Positions 49,724-50,801 of a stretch of 50,801 nucleotides of DNA are shown piece after piece. Where the stretch lies: contig JBQTJP010000067.1 in assembly GCA_052386995.1 (NCBI GenBank), positions 1-50,801 of the forward strand, read 5' to 3'. The DNA comes from Armatimonadota bacterium. Lineage in GTDB: Bacteria > Sysuimicrobiota > Sysuimicrobiia > Sysuimicrobiales > Humicultoraceae. Made by a program: the position numbers and the translations under genes. The first letter of the stretch is position 1, and each line of letters opens with the position of its first letter. The notes under the pieces were generated by a model that did not search any database, was not told where the DNA came from, and saw nothing but the letters and a program-made list of their open reading frames with translations.

Positions 49724-50070
49724 GCCCGGGCCGCCTCAAGGGCTTCGGTCTCGGTCCTGAAGACCGCGAACACCTCGTTGAGGCCGGTGATCGAGAACAT
49801 CCGCTCTATTTGGGGGCGGTTGTAGATGAGGCCCACATTGCCACCGGTATAGGCGTCGCGGACCTGTTTCAACGCCCCGCTGAGGATCGACAGGGCCGTG
49901 CTGTCCAGGTACGTCGTTTCCGTCAGGTTCACGAGCAGGCGGCTGTGCCCCTCCGACAGTAGCGTGTCGATGGCGGCTTTCAATTTTGGCGAAGTGTAAA
50001 GGTCGAGCTCGCCGCCTACATCGAGCACGGCAACGTCACCGACCATCCGGGAATTCACATGGGCTTCCAC
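49696..50070 (-). CDS. STAS anti-anti-sigma factor (RsbV-like)
   Basis: GELDLYTSP, TYLDSTAL (phospho-Ser), ITGL. Confidence 0.92.
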   Translation of the reverse strand: MEAHVNSRMVGDVAVLDVGGELDLYTSPKLKAAIDTLLSEGHSRLLVNLTETTYLDSTALSILSGALKQVRDAYTGGNVGLIYNRPQIERMFSITGLNEVFAVFRTETEALEAARAWAKGPLKK

Positions 50071-50260
50071 GGATAGGCTCCCTTCAGAAGTATGCCCATC
50101 TATAGTCTACAGAACGTGTTCGCGAGAATTCTGCATCACCCTGCTGGTTTCCGCAACCCCGGGCGGACCTCGCGTGAGAGATGATCCACGGCGTCCCAGG
50201 TTTGAAAGCTCCGTGGGCGGGGGAAAAATCCGGCCAACACTTCGGGAAGGAGGAGAGACA

Positions 50261-50554
50261 ATGAGAAACGGCGCGCGACTTGCAGTACTCGTACTGCTGG
50301 TTCTTGCCCTCGTCAACGGGATGGCTATCGCGCAGGAGCCTGGACAGCCCGGGCAACCCGGGCAGCCTGGGCAGCCGGGTCAGCCTGGACCGCCTGGTGC
50401 TCCGGGCCCCGCGGGCCCTCCGGGTGCCCCTGGTCCGACATACTTCGGCCTTGACCCGACGGCGGCGATCCTGGTTGGCGGTGTGCTGCTCTTGGTCGTC
50501 ATCCTGGCGATCGTCGCGGTTTCGCGTGGCGGCGGCCAGACGACGAGCGCATAA
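50261..50554 (+). CDS. Small membrane-anchored collagen-like protein
   Basis: Signal peptide, 11 Gly-X-Y triplets (GQP x5, GPP, GAP, GPA, GPP, GAP, GPT), C-terminal TM; SD AGGAGG. Confidence 0.8.
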   Translation: MRNGARLAVLVLLVLALVNGMAIAQEPGQPGQPGQPGQPGQPGPPGAPGPAGPPGAPGPTYFGLDPTAAILVGGVLLLVVILAIVAVSRGGGQTTSA

Positions 50555-50693
50555 CCAGGACTCGTGCGTTTGAGACTGACGAGCGTTTGGGACGATGTTT
50601 CAACGCGCCTGCGCCCGGGTAAAAGTTGCGCTGGCCGTGGGACGCAAGGCAAATAGGACAGCCGAGACCCAGGCGAAGGGAGGTGACTCAGAC

Positions 50694-50801
50694 ATGACAC
50701 ACAAACTCGCAATCCTGATCGTCGCTGCGCTGTTGCTCGTGGGCTCAGTGGCCCCGGCATTCGCGCAGCAGTACCCGAACGTCAGCAAGCTCGAACCGTT
50801 C
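50694..50801 (+). CDS. Exported protein, N-terminal part only
   Basis: SD GGAGG, MTHKLAILIVAALLLVGSVAPAFAQQ signal peptide; GTTT-N16-GGGTAA at 50597-50622. Confidence 0.7.
   Translation, partial: MTHKLAILIVAALLLVGSVAPAFAQQYPNVSKLEPF

Noticed and set aside
1..50801. CRISPR array, integrase/prophage, or att duplication at tRNA-Leu
   Set aside because: No regularly spaced repeats, integrase motifs or duplicated tRNA 3' end were seen by eye

Overview
GC-rich bacterial chromosomal window; the lineage cannot be determined from sequence alone (Terrabacteria-like regulation: T-box, SigB-type partner switching, SLH and stalk-domain proteins, leaderless genes). The left ~5.5 kb is a decayed accessory island: a copA fragment plus copZ, a frameshifted DNA methyltransferase, a broken IS256, and an intact DUF3800 gene facing a ~95-nt structured RNA candidate with its own near-consensus sigma70 promoter. 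The rest is mostly housekeeping and stress genes: FMN riboswitch-ribDE(BA)H, vapBC, Dps-like ferritin/sodA, an ECF sigma cassette, leucine-degradation (liu-like) genes, a selenocysteine (UxxC) disulfide oxidoreductase with a SECIS-like hairpin, fabF-hemA-hemL, tRNA-Leu(CAG), a MrfA/YprA-like helicase, rsmI, an iodotyrosine-deiodinase-like flavoprotein, a Met T-box controlling a split MetE plus metG, and a SigB/F-type module whose promoter motif (GTTT-N16-GGGTAA) recurs across the window. Best novelty candidates: the DUF3800 + convergent ncRNA module, the Sec-recoded oxidoreductase, the T-box-controlled split MetE, and a partner-switching circuit with an apparently kinase-dead RsbW. Family calls come from recognised motifs, not database searches.
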